The notes beneath the pieces were generated by a model. The model did not search any database. It was not told the origin of the DNA and worked only from the letters and a program-made list of their open reading frames with translations. A stretch of 64,000 nucleotides of DNA, taken from positions 310,001-374,000 of the forward strand of contig MCFH01000020.1 in NCBI GenBank assembly GCA_002104945.1. Reading direction: 5' to 3'. Origin of the DNA: Piromyces finnis finn (Eukaryota > Fungi > Neocallimastigomycota). The position numbers and the translations under genes are program-made. Of this stretch, positions 61,933 to 64,000 are shown one piece after another (positions within the stretch are counted from its first letter, which is position 1; each line of letters starts with the position of its first letter).

Positions 61933-63109
61933 TATTAATATATAAAAGATATAAAGAATAAATATTCATTATTACGAAAAAAATAATAATAATTGTTAAA
62001 GAATGACTGTCTATTCAATTCATATCTAATTAATGTATAAGATAATAAGAAAGGATATTGGCTATTCCTTTAAATATTAATATATCTTTTATATAGTCTC
62101 GAGAAGGAAAAAAAGAAAGTAAGAAAGAAAAAAGCTAATTATTTTCTTTTTTATTTTGCAGTTATTATTTTTCTTTTTTAACTTTGTATTATATACCACT
62201 TAATTTTTAAAAGTGAAATATTATATATTCAATATTAAAAAGTAACTAATTTTAATTATTGTTTTTCTTCATTGTATTATTTTTTCTATTGATATTTACT
62301 TTATTCAAATCTATAAAAGAAAAAAAGCAATAAGTTTTAAATCAATACCTATTATATTGATTAATTACTTTTTTATTTTTATTATTTTTTTTTAAAGATA
62401 AAAAAGGTACAACTTAATTTTTTACCTTTTATCATTTTTTAATAAATATTTATATTGAATTTAATATATTATTATATATTATATTTTAATATTTATTTAT
62501 CATTTAAAAAAGAAGTCCATATTAAGTTAAAATTTTTTAATTTATAAAATTTAATTATAATTTTGAAATTTTATAATCATTCAATTATATTCGATGTGGT
62601 TAATTAATAATTTTTTCTTCGATCATTAAAAAAAATACGATAAACTAGGATATAAAATCAAGTAGATAAAAACAATAATAATAATAATTGGAATAAGAAT
62701 AATTGCTATACTATAGATGATGATAATAAATATGAATATATGGCATACACATTAAAATGATATATATTAATTAACTATCTTTTAAATATTATTGCCATAC
62801 TTTAAAGGGAAAAAAAAAAAAAAAAAAAAAGGATAATGTATTTTAATTAATATTTTAAGTTTATAAAAGAATATACACTTTGCTCATCTTCCTATTATTT
62901 TTTTTTTTTTTTCAATTTTTATTGATCTATTTTATTTTATTTTATGTTATTTTATTTTAATTTTAATTTATTTTGTTTTATTTATTTATTTATTTATTTA
63001 CTATTACATTTTATATAATTATATTTTAATTGTTAAATAATGATAATATTATTTAAAAAAAAAATTATTTTATATATACTAAAAATTATTTTTTTTTACT
63101 TATTTGTCA

Positions 63110-64000
63110 TTAATTTTTAACTTCAACAACTGGAGTTTGAGTTTCATTTTCAGCTGGAGTTTCGGTACTAACAGGAGTTTCAGTTGTCTTTGGTTTGTTT
63201 TCTAAACGATTTAATGGGAATAAAAAGTCTTGCATAATACGAAGAACACCATAATAGGCATATTTAACACCTTTTGGAAGTGGTTTGGCATTAGCGTCAC
63301 GAGTAGTATCTGGATCAACTTTACGATCAAAGAATCTCTTGAGTTCATCCCATACATTACGAACAACTGGTGAAATGTAGTAACGCATGTAAAGGAATCT
63401 TCCATAGAAAAGAACACTTAAAAGAGTGACTTGTCTAAATATAGCAGCAATAAATACCATTGGGAAGGCGATGAAAATTTCATATTGAGCAACCTTCTTA
63501 ATAACATAAGTTTGATATTTATTGATAAAGTTATAAACCTTAACAGCTAAACCGGATTGTGGGTTTCTGGAAAGGAATTCAGAGTAAATAAAGTTAGTAA
63601 CATGGAAAGCAGAGTAAAATGCAAATGGATAAAGTAAAACTGGATTAAATACAACAATATAATAATATATTAGTATAATATAATGTATAATATATTTGTC
63701 TCCAATATACATATTGATATATGAATAGTGGATATTACATATAATTTTTATAATATTATATAGTATATATCATCTTACAGAATAAAGGCTTAATGAAAAT
63801 AAGGAAAATACCAAGAACTAAATAATGGAAGTTTTCATCTCTACATATATTTTCAAACCAAGAACTAGCAAGGTCTGGAATCTTTAATTAAATAATTAAA
63901 TATATTTTATGTATTAATTAAAATAATTAATTAAAAAAATTTGCCACTGAAAAATTAAATTTTTGGCAATACTTACACCGTGAGTCTTATATATAATTAC
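63110..64000 (-). CDS. TMEM33: TMEM33/Pom33/Per33 (Tts1) family ER/nuclear-envelope membrane protein, 5'-truncated by the window end
   Basis: Exon pieces VIIYKTHG | IPDLASSWFENICRDENFHYLVLGIFL | LYPFAFYSAFHV...VAQYEI...YGRFLYMRYYISP match the family pattern (DENxxYL, PFxxYSxFH, FLxxRY). Stop at 63110-63112. Confidence 0.8.

Overview
Extremely AT-rich, intron-rich eukaryotic DNA, most likely from an anaerobic gut fungus (Neocallimastigomycota). This is an inference from base composition, GT-AG intron style, long AAT/TTA microsatellites and fungal-type PRS5, Ndt80 and ThiD-TenA genes. I joined exons by hand, using splice sites and reading frame, into about 15 gene models: WDR44-like WD40 (+), PRS5-like PRPP synthetase (-), an uncharacterised protein with a split CxxC pair and a linker-histone H15-like domain (-), RCE1 (-), tubulin cofactor A (+), GGPP synthase (+), MAK5/DDX24 (-), two small unknown genes (-), an Ndt80/PhoG transcription factor (+), two tandem THI20-like HMP kinase-thiaminase II genes (+), UNC50 (+), RPAP3 (+), DCN1 (-) and a truncated TMEM33/Pom33 (-). 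The first ~4.5 kb looks like decayed coding or transposon debris. The most striking structure is the thiamine-salvage pair. Their kinase halves are almost identical over ~1.6 kb, introns included, while their TenA halves have diverged, including near the active-site motifs. No rRNA, tRNA or CRISPR array was recognised. No database searches were run; family calls rest on motif recognition.
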